DNA of 64,000 bases, taken from the NCBI GenBank assembly GCA_014584465.1, contig JACTMU010000079.1, forward strand, positions 8,065 through 72,064, read 5' to 3'. The translations under genes and the position numbers were made by a program. The notes below the pieces were generated by a model. It worked only from the letters and a program-made list of their open reading frames with translations, searched no databases and was not told where the DNA came from. This document shows positions 46,989 through 56,339 of the stretch, piece by piece (positions within the stretch are counted from its first letter, which is position 1; each line of letters begins with the position of its first letter). This stretch comes from Pseudomonadota bacterium (GTDB taxonomy: Bacteria; Bdellovibrionota; Bdellovibrionia; Bdellovibrionales; JACTMU01).

Positions 46989-48993
46989 TCTTCAAAAAGG
47001 CCTTGTCTTGATTTAAAATTCGCGGAGTGAGAAAGATCAAGAGCTCATTTTTGTTGTTCGTATCTTCATCCACTCGAAAGATTCGACCTATGATTGGAAT
47101 CTTTGAGAGCCAAGGAACACCAGTTTCACTGGTCGTAACGTCGCTCTGATAGATTCCACCGATGACGGCGGTCTGAGCGTCCTTGACCAAAACCTTTGTC
47201 TTAGCTTGCCTTGAATTCATAGGTCGCGCCTGCGTATCTTTGTCCTGGATCTCCCCTAGAAATTCTCGAACAACATCAATGTCCATCATGACTCCACCAT
47301 CTGGCGTGATCTGTGGTGTGACTTCAAGCTGAAGTTTTGCGGTCTTAAAGGCAACGCTCTTGGTGGTTGTTCCCCCGCTGTCCGTCTGATATTGATAAAG
47401 TGGAATCTCGGTACTTTGACTGATCGTTGCCTTCTCGTTATTAAGTGCGACGACACGAGGTGAGGAGATGAGCTTGACGTTGCCTTCGGTCTCTGACAAC
47501 GCAAGACGTGCGGAAAGATCACCAATCACGTCTAACGTCCCCACATTGAGGAAGAGATCAAGCCCATCGGACTTCACAGCGGGTCCAACATTCAAACTCG
47601 AAGTGAATGCCGCCGAATTCCCCATGTCGACTTGAAATCCACTGTTGCTCCACTGAATTCCCACAGACTTCTTGAAGTTCTCCTGAGCCTCGACAACCTT
47701 ACCTTCAATTAACACTTGAGCTGGCGGAGTGTCTAAGTATTTGATGAGTTTGGTGACCCGCTCAATCGTCTCAGCTGTATCCTTCACAATGAGAGATGCG
47801 GAACGGGCGTCTGCCGAAACGGTTCCACGACCTGTCGTAAGAAGTGGCTGAACCTGGGTCGCCATATCCTTGACTTGAGTGTAGCTGATGGGAATGATCT
47901 TCACGACCAACTTTTCAAGCTTCTCTTGTGAATCCACAATTCTTTGAGCCTCTTCCGTTTCTCGTCGAATGGCCTCAAGTGGGGCAATACGGATCACAGA
48001 TCCTTGTCGTACATATCCGAGGTTTTTCGAACGCATGACCACCACCAAGGCCTGATCCCATGGAATGTCTCGCAATTTCAATGTGATCGTGCCCTTGATT
48101 TCATCCGCCAAGACGATGTTGGCACCACTTTGCTCAGCGATCATGTTGACCACATCTGCAATCTCAACCTCTTTCACCTGAATTGAGATCTTCTTTCCGT
48201 AGAAGCGGGTTTGACTGGTCAAAAATTCATCCAAAGTCCTTGGTGCAAAGGGTTCCTCCACTCTTGCAGCACCGGATGCTCCATTGATGTCCGAAGCTCC
48301 TCCACCACCCTGGGCGAGACTCTGACTTTGGATTCCTATCCCCGTAAGATCTCCCGTCGCCGACACGTAGATCGTCGTGCCTTCCTGACGAACTTTAGGC
48401 TCAATGCCAGGTTGAACTTGCAAAACCACCTTAGCACCCTTGGATTCAAGACTCTGATAGGCACGGATCCCGTCGATCTTTCCACCAAACTCCTTAGTGA
48501 TGTAGGGGCGCTGAAACTTTTGTGGAACTGACGTCGCTTCCAGTTCTACGATGAACTGCTTTCGTTCAGGCACTCTACGCGTTGTGTACTTCACTTCGCG
48601 GTCCGTTCGAATGACCACCGTTCCTGAGCCAACCTTGGATTGATATTGAAGATCCACAACTTGTCGATCCAGGACTGAAGGGGTTGAAATGCCCGACTTG
48701 GTCTGGCCACGCTTTGAAGTTTGTGACTCAAACTCCTCATCTTGATTAAAAAATTCATCACCGCCGGCTTCTTCGTCTCCACCAAAGTTCTCGTCATCGG
48801 CCCCATTGGACGCCGTTTCACCATCATTGGCATCACCGTCGAACGAATCGTCATCGCCTTCAAACTCAGCAATATCCTCCTCGCCCATCCCCGATTCATC
48901 TTGTGTACCTTGATTCGAAGCGCACGAGCCCGTAAGAATCGATCCTGCAAAAAGCAGACAGATAATAAATATTTTCATGAATAGTTCCCCCAC
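46975..48993 (-). CDS. pilQ: Type IV pilus secretin PilQ
   Basis: Acidic N-terminal region, an AMIN-like domain, secretin N domains and the C-terminal secretin core (VPWLSKIPIIGRIF...NELLIFLTPRIL). The start is probably the MKIFIICLL ATG at 48978. Confidence 0.92.
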   Translation of the reverse strand: MGELFMKIFIICLLFAGSILTGSCASNQGTQDESGMGEEDIAEFEGDDDSFDGDANDGETASNGADDENFGGDEEAGGDEFFNQDEEFESQTSKRGQTKSGISTPSVLDRQVVDLQYQSKVGSGTVVIRTDREVKYTTRRVPERKQFIVELEATSVPQKFQRPYITKEFGGKIDGIRAYQSLESKGAKVVLQVQPGIEPKVRQEGTTIYVSATGDLTGIGIQSQSLAQGGGGASDINGASGAARVEEPFAPRTLDEFLTSQTRFYGKKISIQVKEVEIADVVNMIAEQSGANIVLADEIKGTITLKLRDIPWDQALVVVMRSKNLGYVRQGSVIRIAPLEAIRRETEEAQRIVDSQEKLEKLVVKIIPISYTQVKDMATQVQPLLTTGRGTVSADARSASLIVKDTAETIERVTKLIKYLDTPPAQVLIEGKVVEAQENFKKSVGIQWSNSGFQVDMGNSAAFTSSLNVGPAVKSDGLDLFLNVGTLDVIGDLSARLALSETEGNVKLISSPRVVALNNEKATISQSTEIPLYQYQTDSGGTTTKSVAFKTAKLQLEVTPQITPDGGVMMDIDVVREFLGEIQDKDTQARPMNSRQAKTKVLVKDAQTAVIGGIYQSDVTTSETGVPWLSKIPIIGRIFRVDEDTNNKNELLIFLTPRILNQDKAFLKSETF

Positions 48994-48997
48994 TTCC

Positions 48998-49576
48998 CTA
49001 CTGTGAAATCTGCATGACTCGGGTTACAAAGGAGACCTTTCGGTCCGCCATGAACTCCTCAACCACAACAATCTCTCCTTCTCGGATGACCGCAATGTAG
49101 CCATTGTTACGCCCCATCCTTTGACTTACCCCGACCAGATGAATCCCACCCGAAGGATCCTTGATCATCGCCTGAGGCTTTGAGACGTCCCAAAGAATGC
49201 CAATAAGTATCAGCTGCGACAGATTGAAATTCTCAAGAGGATGATGATCCCCCTCTTCCTCAACGATTTTGACGTACGGAGAAAAGGGGTCTCGTCTCCC
49301 ACGAGGATCGTAATGAAAGGGTTCCATGAAATTGCGTGGCAAATAGGAACTTATGATCTGATCTAAGCCCTCACCCTCAGCATTGGACATATCCGGGATC
49401 ATCTCCTCTTCCGTAACGCCCTTTGCCTCCTCGATCTCTTTCTCAACATTGCCACCAGAACCCTGGGCCGCAACGAACGACGAGTTCAAAACGATCTTGA
49501 AAAATAAGATCAGTGCTCCTCGTATCGATGATCGTGAAATGATCATGGAATGTCTCCCGTCGCCGAAACCATCCAA
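48998..49576 (-). CDS. pilP: Type IV pilus assembly protein PilP
   Basis: It lies between pilO and pilQ. RDPF motif (RGRRDPFSPY) and a C-terminal beta domain. Confidence 0.75.
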   Translation of the reverse strand: MDGFGDGRHSMIISRSSIRGALILFFKIVLNSSFVAAQGSGGNVEKEIEEAKGVTEEEMIPDMSNAEGEGLDQIISSYLPRNFMEPFHYDPRGRRDPFSPYVKIVEEEGDHHPLENFNLSQLILIGILWDVSKPQAMIKDPSGGIHLVGVSQRMGRNNGYIAVIREGEIVVVEEFMADRKVSFVTRVMQISQ

Positions 49577-49607
49577 GAGTTCCCTATCTTGGCCAGAATC
49601 TCCTTTC

Positions 49608-50234
49608 TCAATGAGTTCCTCCTTGAGCTGTTGGGTCTTTATTTACAGGAACGCTTGGTTCAACATATCGATAACCTGCCACCGTCGAAGTAAATCCTAA
49701 AATTGGCGGCAAAGCCGTTCCCTGTTTAACCTTGTACGCCATCTTGGTGACATTGACGATGCGACGAACTCGTGAAATATTTGCAAGAAACATTGCAAGC
49801 TCCACAAATGTTCCCTCAAGCTCGATATTGACCGTGAGCTCCTCGTATCCATCTGAATTGTTGAGCTTTACTCCCTCTTTGTTTGGTTCCAACTTTATGA
49901 TATTGGTTCCCGAAGCTTTTGCTTCATTGGAAATGGTTCTCATAAGTTCCGCAATGCTGAATTCATTGGGCATGAAGTTTAGAGCTTTCCTGTATTGAGC
50001 TCCCATCTGAGAGATCTCTTCCTGGTACTTTTCTCGATTGGCAATCTGACTCTTGATCTGATTGAGCCGATTTTTTTTTGTTTGAAGTTCTGCCTGAGTT
50101 GCCTGAATTCGACCTTCGATGGCCGACCCATCATTGTAAAACATAAAAAAGTAGAGAACGGCGACGATAACACCTATTCCAGCGGCAACTCCTCGAGTGA
50201 GATTGTTGATCTCTTGAAGCACCTTCTCCATCAA
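49608..50234 (-). CDS. pilO: Type IV pilus assembly protein PilO
   Basis: Single transmembrane segment, coiled coil and ferredoxin-like C-terminus, in pilN-pilO-pilP order. Confidence 0.8.
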   Translation of the reverse strand: MMEKVLQEINNLTRGVAAGIGVIVAVLYFFMFYNDGSAIEGRIQATQAELQTKKNRLNQIKSQIANREKYQEEISQMGAQYRKALNFMPNEFSIAELMRTISNEAKASGTNIIKLEPNKEGVKLNNSDGYEELTVNIELEGTFVELAMFLANISRVRRIVNVTKMAYKVKQGTALPPILGFTSTVAGYRYVEPSVPVNKDPTAQGGTH

Positions 50235-50842
50235 CCCTTCTCCAAAACGAAAATAATCTCAAATCGTTTGATTACACCTGTGTTCGTTTTCACTTCTACA
50301 GCACTGGTCAGCACCACATCAGAGAAGTAGACATTGTCTTCAATTCCCTTGACAAAGTCGAGAATGGCATTGTCCTCCGTTGAATCGCCTTTCAATTTGA
50401 CGTTCTTGCCCTCAAAGGTCACCTCGGTGAACCAAACTTTCTCCGGAAGCAAAGTTTGAAGAGTATCGACGGCCTGCACGTAGGAGGTTCTTTTTTCTGC
50501 AAGTTTGCCAATGATTTCAAACTTTTTAATTAGACTCTCTCTTTCCTTGATGAACTGTTCCACCTCTGCTACCAGAGAACCAAGCTTACCAATCTCTACG
50601 TCATACTCGGCCTTCTGTTTGGTAAGGACACTCAACTCATCTTCCCTTTGCATGATGTGAAGAAATTCATATCCAACAAGAATCACCATAAAGCTCACTA
50701 TCAAACCGATCTTGATCGAGAGCTCTTTTTGATCCAGAGGCCCTGATGCCGACTTCATTGAGCCAAACAAGGAAAATTTCTTCTTAGCCAAGGAACCATG
50801 GGCGGAGGCTCCAATATTCTTAAGTAGATTGACTGTGATCAT
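50231..50842 (-). CDS. pilN: Type IV pilus assembly protein PilN
   Basis: MITVNLL N-terminus, one transmembrane segment, and 4-nt overlaps with both pilM and pilO. Confidence 0.8.
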   Translation of the reverse strand: MITVNLLKNIGASAHGSLAKKKFSLFGSMKSASGPLDQKELSIKIGLIVSFMVILVGYEFLHIMQREDELSVLTKQKAEYDVEIGKLGSLVAEVEQFIKERESLIKKFEIIGKLAEKRTSYVQAVDTLQTLLPEKVWFTEVTFEGKNVKLKGDSTEDNAILDFVKGIEDNVYFSDVVLTSAVEVKTNTGVIKRFEIIFVLEKG

Positions 50843-51885
50843 TCAGGCTTCCTTAGAGCAAGTCCTATCGCAACAGGAGCGTAGTTACGAATTCTCTCAA
50901 GATGTTCCAACGAAAACTTGTTACGATCGACGGCGATCTTTTCAAAGGGGTCCATGAGTTCATACGGGATGCTCAAGGTCTGACTGATCTGCTCCAACAG
51001 ACCCGGAACAAACGCGCCCCCCCCAGTAAAATAAATTCTTGAAAGTGATCCTTCCGCGGCGGTCGCACCGTAAAAGTCAAACCCGTGCTGAATCTCTTCA
51101 CTGATCGACTCACTCACTGAAGAGATAATGCTGTGAACCTCTTGAGGCACCTCCTGATTTTGAACCGCACTGATCTTAAGGGCTTCAGCTTCCTCAAGAC
51201 TGATGCCAAGATCCTTATTGATCTCTAAAGTGTAGTTCATTCCACCAACTGAAATGTCTCGACTGAAAACAACATTGCCATGCTCTACAATCACAAAGTT
51301 GGTCGTTGTTGCTCCAATGTTGATCAAAGCCACGATCTCAGACTTACGTTTCCCATAGTTAAACTCAAAGCAGTTTGCCAGGGCAAACCCCGTGACATCC
51401 ACAATATTTGTTGTAAGATCCGCCGCCACCATCGTTTCGACGTATCGAAATACAAAATCCTGCCGAGCGGCCACAAGAAGGACATCGATCCCATCACGAC
51501 TGCTCCCAGAACTGATGATATGATACTGGAGGTTGATCTCATCAAGCCCAAGTGGAATGTACTGCTCGGCCTCCCACTTGACCTGCTCTGCAATCAACGC
51601 TGAATCAATGGGTGGCATGCTGATTTTTTTGACAATGACGGAGGTTCCCCACATACCCGTTGCAACATGACCGCGCTTGATCTGCAATCGGTCAACCAGG
51701 GAACGAATGGCTTCTCCCAAAGATTCAGGCTCAACAATTTCACCACCCGATATGGAATTGGGCGGAGTTGGAGCAAATCCAAAGTTAAGAAGTTTGGCTT
51801 CCTTCTTACCTACATCCAGTTCCGCAAGTTTGATCGAACTGGAACCGATGTCGAGGCCAAGAAGTTTTTTTGATTTAAAAAACAT
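50839..51885 (-). CDS. pilM: Type IV pilus assembly ATPase-fold protein PilM
   Basis: The start is taken at MFFKSKKLLGLDIGSSSIKLAEL. Actin-like fold motifs are present (DIGATTTN, GGGA). Confidence 0.9.
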   Translation of the reverse strand: MFFKSKKLLGLDIGSSSIKLAELDVGKKEAKLLNFGFAPTPPNSISGGEIVEPESLGEAIRSLVDRLQIKRGHVATGMWGTSVIVKKISMPPIDSALIAEQVKWEAEQYIPLGLDEINLQYHIISSGSSRDGIDVLLVAARQDFVFRYVETMVAADLTTNIVDVTGFALANCFEFNYGKRKSEIVALINIGATTTNFVIVEHGNVVFSRDISVGGMNYTLEINKDLGISLEEAEALKISAVQNQEVPQEVHSIISSVSESISEEIQHGFDFYGATAAEGSLSRIYFTGGGAFVPGLLEQISQTLSIPYELMDPFEKIAVDRNKFSLEHLERIRNYAPVAIGLALRKPE

Positions 51886-52008
51886 CGCTCGGAAGCCCCC
51901 TCCTCCATGAAGGTCTAAAGATTTCATGCTGCAGCACGAGTATCGACCTGAGGATTAACCCTTAGGTCTACACTGGCTTTAGTCTATCACCATAATTAAC
52001 TTAGACAA

Positions 52009-52953
52009 TCATGGACCCAGAGTTTCAGGACTTGGGGTGAGGTAACGTAGATCACCGACAAAAAAACTCCAATACCAATCTGCGACCTCATGCCCGACAA
52101 AGAGATAAACCAGAGCCCCAAACACCAAATAGGGGCCAAATGGGATTGCAACCTTAAGCCCGCCTTTCGTCTTGATCGCAAAAAAAAGACCCACAAAACT
52201 TCCAAACACGCTTGAAACCAAGATCACAAACGGGATGCTCGGCGCTCCAAGAACTGCACCAATCCAAGCCAAAAGCTTGATGTCGCCTCCGCCCATCCCC
52301 TCCTCTTTTCGAACAAGCCAGTAGAGGTAGGCCGTAAGCCAAAGAAAACCACCGCCTAGAAGAACGCCCAACAGAGCGCTCAAGAACTCTCGTTCCGGAT
52401 TCAATAGGGCGCCCATCAATCCCATCACAATGCCCGAGAGCGTGAAAAGATCTGGCAAAATCATGTGGTCAAAGTCAATGAAGGTCACCACCACGAGTCC
52501 AAAAATAAAGATCTCAGCCTCCAAAAGAGACCAACTCCAACCCAACTTCAAAAAAGCAGCCATAAAGAGAGTTGCCGTCAAAAGCTCCACAAAGGGGTAA
52601 CGAAAGGAAAACGATCCCCCGCACTCGCGACACTTTCCACGAAGAATGAACCAGGAAAAGATCGGAATGTTGTCAAACCATCGGACCGCCTTACCACAAT
52701 GGTTGCACCGACTGCCCGGCACGATGCTCTCTTTTTTAGGAAGCCTTAAAATCAAAACATTTCCAAAACTTCCAAAAATCGCGCCAAGAATAAAGAAAAA
52801 GATGGTAAAGATGGAATCGAGATCAGACAAAATCTTTCCTCTCAAAGAGAAATCCTGTAAGTGAAAGGACGATGACCAACCACAGTCCGGCATGAATCGT
52901 CGACCAAGCCATCTCAGACCACGGAACAAGGTCTCCATAGGCCACAAGATCAC
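52009..52953 (-). CDS. pilD: Prepilin peptidase / N-methyltransferase PilD (A24 family)
   Basis: GSFGNVLILRLP, CNHCGK...RGKCRECG, GGGDIKLL. The ORF overlaps the upstream gene by 131 nt. A TTG at 52830 with GAGG upstream is a plausible true start. Confidence 0.88.
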   Translation of the reverse strand: MILWPMETLFRGLRWLGRRFMPDCGWSSSFHLQDFSLRGKILSDLDSIFTIFFFILGAIFGSFGNVLILRLPKKESIVPGSRCNHCGKAVRWFDNIPIFSWFILRGKCRECGGSFSFRYPFVELLTATLFMAAFLKLGWSWSLLEAEIFIFGLVVVTFIDFDHMILPDLFTLSGIVMGLMGALLNPEREFLSALLGVLLGGGFLWLTAYLYWLVRKEEGMGGGDIKLLAWIGAVLGAPSIPFVILVSSVFGSFVGLFFAIKTKGGLKVAIPFGPYLVFGALVYLFVGHEVADWYWSFFVGDLRYLTPSPETLGP

Positions 52954-53587
52954 GCCAATTGAATCTCTCCAAATTGGGAAGGATCACCTTGAGGACCATT
53001 TCAAACGCCTTGAAGAAAAATGCATCTGATTTTTCCGCAAAATAGTGCATGCTGTCCATCCAATGTCCAATGAGAAAAATTCCAATCACAAACATCATGG
53101 ACAAAAGAGGTGCGGTCAAAACCCCAAACAACACCGTAAATGAGAGGAGCACGAGAGACTCCAAAAGAACACCAAATCCCGCTTGAAAAAAGATGAGATC
53201 TGGAGATCGCCCTACAAACCCCAAAACAAGACCTAGGACTAGGAGTAGGCCAAACTCAAGAATCACCAAAACAAAACTCATCCCCAAAAACTTACCCAAT
53301 ATAAACTGAAATCGAGTCACAGATCTGGCCAGAACCGTCAAGATCGTCTGCTTCTCGAGCTCCTTCCAAACCAGCTGACTGCCCACAAAAAGTGATAGAA
53401 TCACGCACGATAGGTGTATACCCGTAAACCCAAAATCAATGGTGATACGAGCATTTTCCGCATAGCTCAACTCCCCTAAGGCGATGCTTAAACCAAAGAG
53501 AAGAAGTGCGAAGACACCTATTCCGATCAGAATGCGATCTCGAATGATCTCTTTAAATGTGTTGGCCGCGATGGTCAAAACAATCAC
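52823..53587 (-). CDS. ABC-2 type transporter permease
   Basis: 254 aa with six predicted transmembrane segments, directly downstream of the ABC ATPase. Confidence 0.7.
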   Translation of the reverse strand: MIVLTIAANTFKEIIRDRILIGIGVFALLLFGLSIALGELSYAENARITIDFGFTGIHLSCVILSLFVGSQLVWKELEKQTILTVLARSVTRFQFILGKFLGMSFVLVILEFGLLLVLGLVLGFVGRSPDLIFFQAGFGVLLESLVLLSFTVLFGVLTAPLLSMMFVIGIFLIGHWMDSMHYFAEKSDAFFFKAFEMVLKVILPNLERFNWRDLVAYGDLVPWSEMAWSTIHAGLWLVIVLSLTGFLFERKDFV

Positions 53588-53595
53588 AACTTACC

Positions 53596-54459
53596 TCAAA
53601 ATGCGAGTTTCACAAAGACATCCTCAAGAGAACTCCCCTCTTTACGAACCTCCAGAATCGACAATCCCTCACCTCGAAGACGATCAATCTCTTGCTGCAA
53701 CTCTTCGGCATTCCCACACTTAAATTGGTCCATTTTCTTGCTCTTGTCAGAAAATCGAATTACAAATTCACCTTGAACTCGACTCAAAAGATCTTTGGTG
53801 GCACCTTGATAAGCAACCTCGCCCGCCTTAAGAATCACAACCTGATCGCAAAGCACCTCTACGTCATGCAGCAGATGACTGCTAAAAAAGAGGGTTGTCC
53901 CCCCATTTGCAGTCTCACGAATGATCCGGGAAACCTCAGCACGACCGTCCGGATCAAGCCCCGTCATCGGCTCATCAAGGATCACAAAATCGGGTCTATG
54001 AATGAGTGCCTGTGCAATGCCAATTCTTTGAAGCATTCCTTTAGAATAGCCGCGAAGTTTGCGCTCCTTTGCATGGCTGAGCCCAACCCTCTCCAAAGCC
54101 AAATCGATCTCCTGCCCAAGATCTCCCTTCATATCTGAAAGGCGACAATAAAAGCGTAAAAACTCCTCTCCTGTCAGATATTCATAAAAATAGGGACGCT
54201 CAGGAAGAAAGCCAATCCGGCGTTTAAGGTTCCGATCGGGGCTCTGGGAACCAAAAATCTCCACACTCCCACTGTCAGGAAATATGAGCCCAAGAATGCA
54301 CTTGATCGTGGTTGTCTTTCCCGAACCATTGGCCCCCAAAAAGCCTGTTACACTCCCACGTTCAATTTGAAATGAGATGCCTTTGAGGATCTCCGTTCGC
54401 GGCGAATAAAAGTGGGTCTTAAAGCTCTTTCGTAAATCCGACACCTTGACCATGGACAT
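53596..54459 (-). CDS. ABC transporter ATP-binding protein
   Basis: Walker A GANGSGKTT, signature YSKGMLQR, Walker B FVILDEP. Confidence 0.9.
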   Translation of the reverse strand: MSMVKVSDLRKSFKTHFYSPRTEILKGISFQIERGSVTGFLGANGSGKTTTIKCILGLIFPDSGSVEIFGSQSPDRNLKRRIGFLPERPYFYEYLTGEEFLRFYCRLSDMKGDLGQEIDLALERVGLSHAKERKLRGYSKGMLQRIGIAQALIHRPDFVILDEPMTGLDPDGRAEVSRIIRETANGGTTLFFSSHLLHDVEVLCDQVVILKAGEVAYQGATKDLLSRVQGEFVIRFSDKSKKMDQFKCGNAEELQQEIDRLRGEGLSILEVRKEGSSLEDVFVKLAF

Positions 54460-54582
54460 GGTCTAAATTTAACCATGCTACCTGGGCTCGTTCAAGTCGT
54501 TTTCACTAAAAATGAAAGAACCATATCACCTGCGATTCCTTTGCTCCACCGAACAAGACTCAAATCCGCAACAATTTCCTCA

Positions 54583-55923
54583 CTACTTCTCAAAAACTCG
54601 ACCATCCCTGTAGGTCACCGAACTTAAGTCATTAGAAAAATCAAAGTCTTCGGAGTTGAATGATTCACTCTGTTTGTCCTTCGAGGATTGACACTTATCG
54701 CCGAAGAAGATCGTTTTTGGCTCACCATTCTTGGTCACAAACTTGATCTTGGACTTGTAAGATTTAATTTTACGACCTTTGGAGTTCTTGCATTTGTAGC
54801 CCTCTTCGTATTCAAAGTAGACGCGACCGTCAATCTCATCAAAGTCAGGTTCCGCCAGATCAAATTCATCTGAAATGTGTGATAGGATCTGTTGAATCTT
54901 TGTCACGCCCTCTCCAGTACAACCATCTTCCTCACATCGATTGGAGACGTAACACGCAAATCCGGGCTTCTGAGCAAAATCTGTTTCACCGGACACGAGA
55001 ATCCCTTCGACTCTAAAAGTGCCTTCACTAAAAACTGCGGACCCAGAGTTGCCACCATAAGTATCAGAGTTCAAATAGTAGATTTCTGATCCAACGCTTC
55101 GAACTTCTGCATTGTCCGTGATCTTGGACGGAATTCCTGATGGATGACCTACGACAAAAACCTCATCTTTCACCTTTGCCTCTTCTGCACGATTCAATTT
55201 CAGTGGCGATCGATTTTCCACACTTCGGTCAAGCCGAACTATTGCAAAATCAGATGAACTGGTTTCAATCCACTGCTTACCAATCTGAGCATACTCGACA
55301 TCTTTATCGTAGAGGAGTTCTTTGCATTTGTAGACGTCGCTCTCAGGAAAGCTCTTCGGTCCTTGAGAATCGGATTCACTTTGAAGCAGAGCAAAATCAA
55401 AAACAAATCTGGTATTGTCACAGTTATTTAGGTTCTGAACACATGAAGCATAGTTTGCAGATGAAAGACAATCCTCTTCATCACTAAAGCAGTGACCGGC
55501 TGTTAATACCAGATCTGGCGCGATCAGGAAACCTGAACAGTATCCGAGAGAGTACTGTTCATAAAAGCGTACGTCAGAGCACAAGAGCTGAGATTCACCA
55601 AAGGTCATGCTGTCGTGACTGTAGGTCATTGTTGTCGAATCGTATGTGAGATCCTGATCTTGCACCAATATAGCCGTTGAACGTGCAACCTCCTTATGCT
55701 CTTCGCTAGGCGCTTCATAAATCTCTTTTCGGTCGTCCTCACCGTAAATGACATGAGAAATCTGATTATCAATCGATTTCGTTCCAGAACTTGTTGACGA
55801 CGATGAGTTGGCTCCACTGCGCTCTTTCTCTGTAGCTAGATCTTGACTGCAACCCAAAAGCATACCCGAAAGACCCACAACGACAGACATTACGAAAATA
55901 AGTGAATTGGTTCTATTTTCCAT
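54583..55923 (-). CDS. Secreted trypsin-like (S1) serine protease lipoprotein with a C-terminal extension
   Basis: The start is taken at MENRTNSLIFVMSVVVGLSGMLLGC (lipobox LLGC, with GGAGG upstream). Catalytic motifs LTAGHC and GGNSGSAVF. Confidence 0.8.
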   Translation of the reverse strand: MENRTNSLIFVMSVVVGLSGMLLGCSQDLATEKERSGANSSSSTSSGTKSIDNQISHVIYGEDDRKEIYEAPSEEHKEVARSTAILVQDQDLTYDSTTMTYSHDSMTFGESQLLCSDVRFYEQYSLGYCSGFLIAPDLVLTAGHCFSDEEDCLSSANYASCVQNLNNCDNTRFVFDFALLQSESDSQGPKSFPESDVYKCKELLYDKDVEYAQIGKQWIETSSSDFAIVRLDRSVENRSPLKLNRAEEAKVKDEVFVVGHPSGIPSKITDNAEVRSVGSEIYYLNSDTYGGNSGSAVFSEGTFRVEGILVSGETDFAQKPGFACYVSNRCEEDGCTGEGVTKIQQILSHISDEFDLAEPDFDEIDGRVYFEYEEGYKCKNSKGRKIKSYKSKIKFVTKNGEPKTIFFGDKCQSSKDKQSESFNSEDFDFSNDLSSVTYRDGRVFEK

Positions 55924-56004
55924 ATTGAGCACCTCCGAAGAGAGGTGATTGCAAACCCGTGCCAAGACAGATGATCGGCTCAATGCCTAGAAATACTTGA
56001 AATG

Positions 56005-56029
56005 ACTCCCATATTCATACATTGGGAGT
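56005..56029 (-). terminator. Stem-loop at the end of the long helicase 3' region (possible terminator)
   Basis: ACTCCCA-N11-TGGGAGT (7-bp stem), followed on the minus strand by CAUUUCAAGUAUUUCU. Confidence 0.35.
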
Positions 56030-56119
56030 GACTAAATCTTATTCAATCCAAATTCCGCAGATGAGTGACCAAAACTTCAACACCATCCGATGGTCACAAC
56101 CTCCCATTTCACCTTGCAC

Positions 56120-56201
56120 TGGTCCATTTGAGATTCGAACCACCAAATTGCCTCTGACGGCCTATAGAGGCGCTCAGACCCTTGCAAAATGCCCTTGGAC
56201 C
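56120..56201 (-). other. tRNA-like remnant or structured element; not a functional tRNA
   Basis: On the minus strand a 6-bp acceptor-like stem GGUCCA/UGGACC encloses 82 nt. It contains a canonical T-loop string GGTTCGAATC, but the T-stem and anticodon arm do not fold canonically. Confidence 0.3.
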
Positions 56202-56339
56202 TCATTGAGAGTTAGGATCTTTCCAAAACTAGAAATGGATTCTAAGCAACGTGCAACTCATTTGGTATCTCACAGAACTGGAAATTGAGAAGAGTTACAA
56301 TTGGGATGACCACAACAGTCGCAGTCACCTTCACATTGT

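Noticed and set aside
56120-56201. A functional tRNA gene on the minus strand
   Set aside because: A T-loop string and an acceptor-like stem are present. However, the T-stem forms only 2 of 5 pairs, and the only candidate anticodon helix closes a 10-nt loop. It is reported as a remnant or structured element instead.
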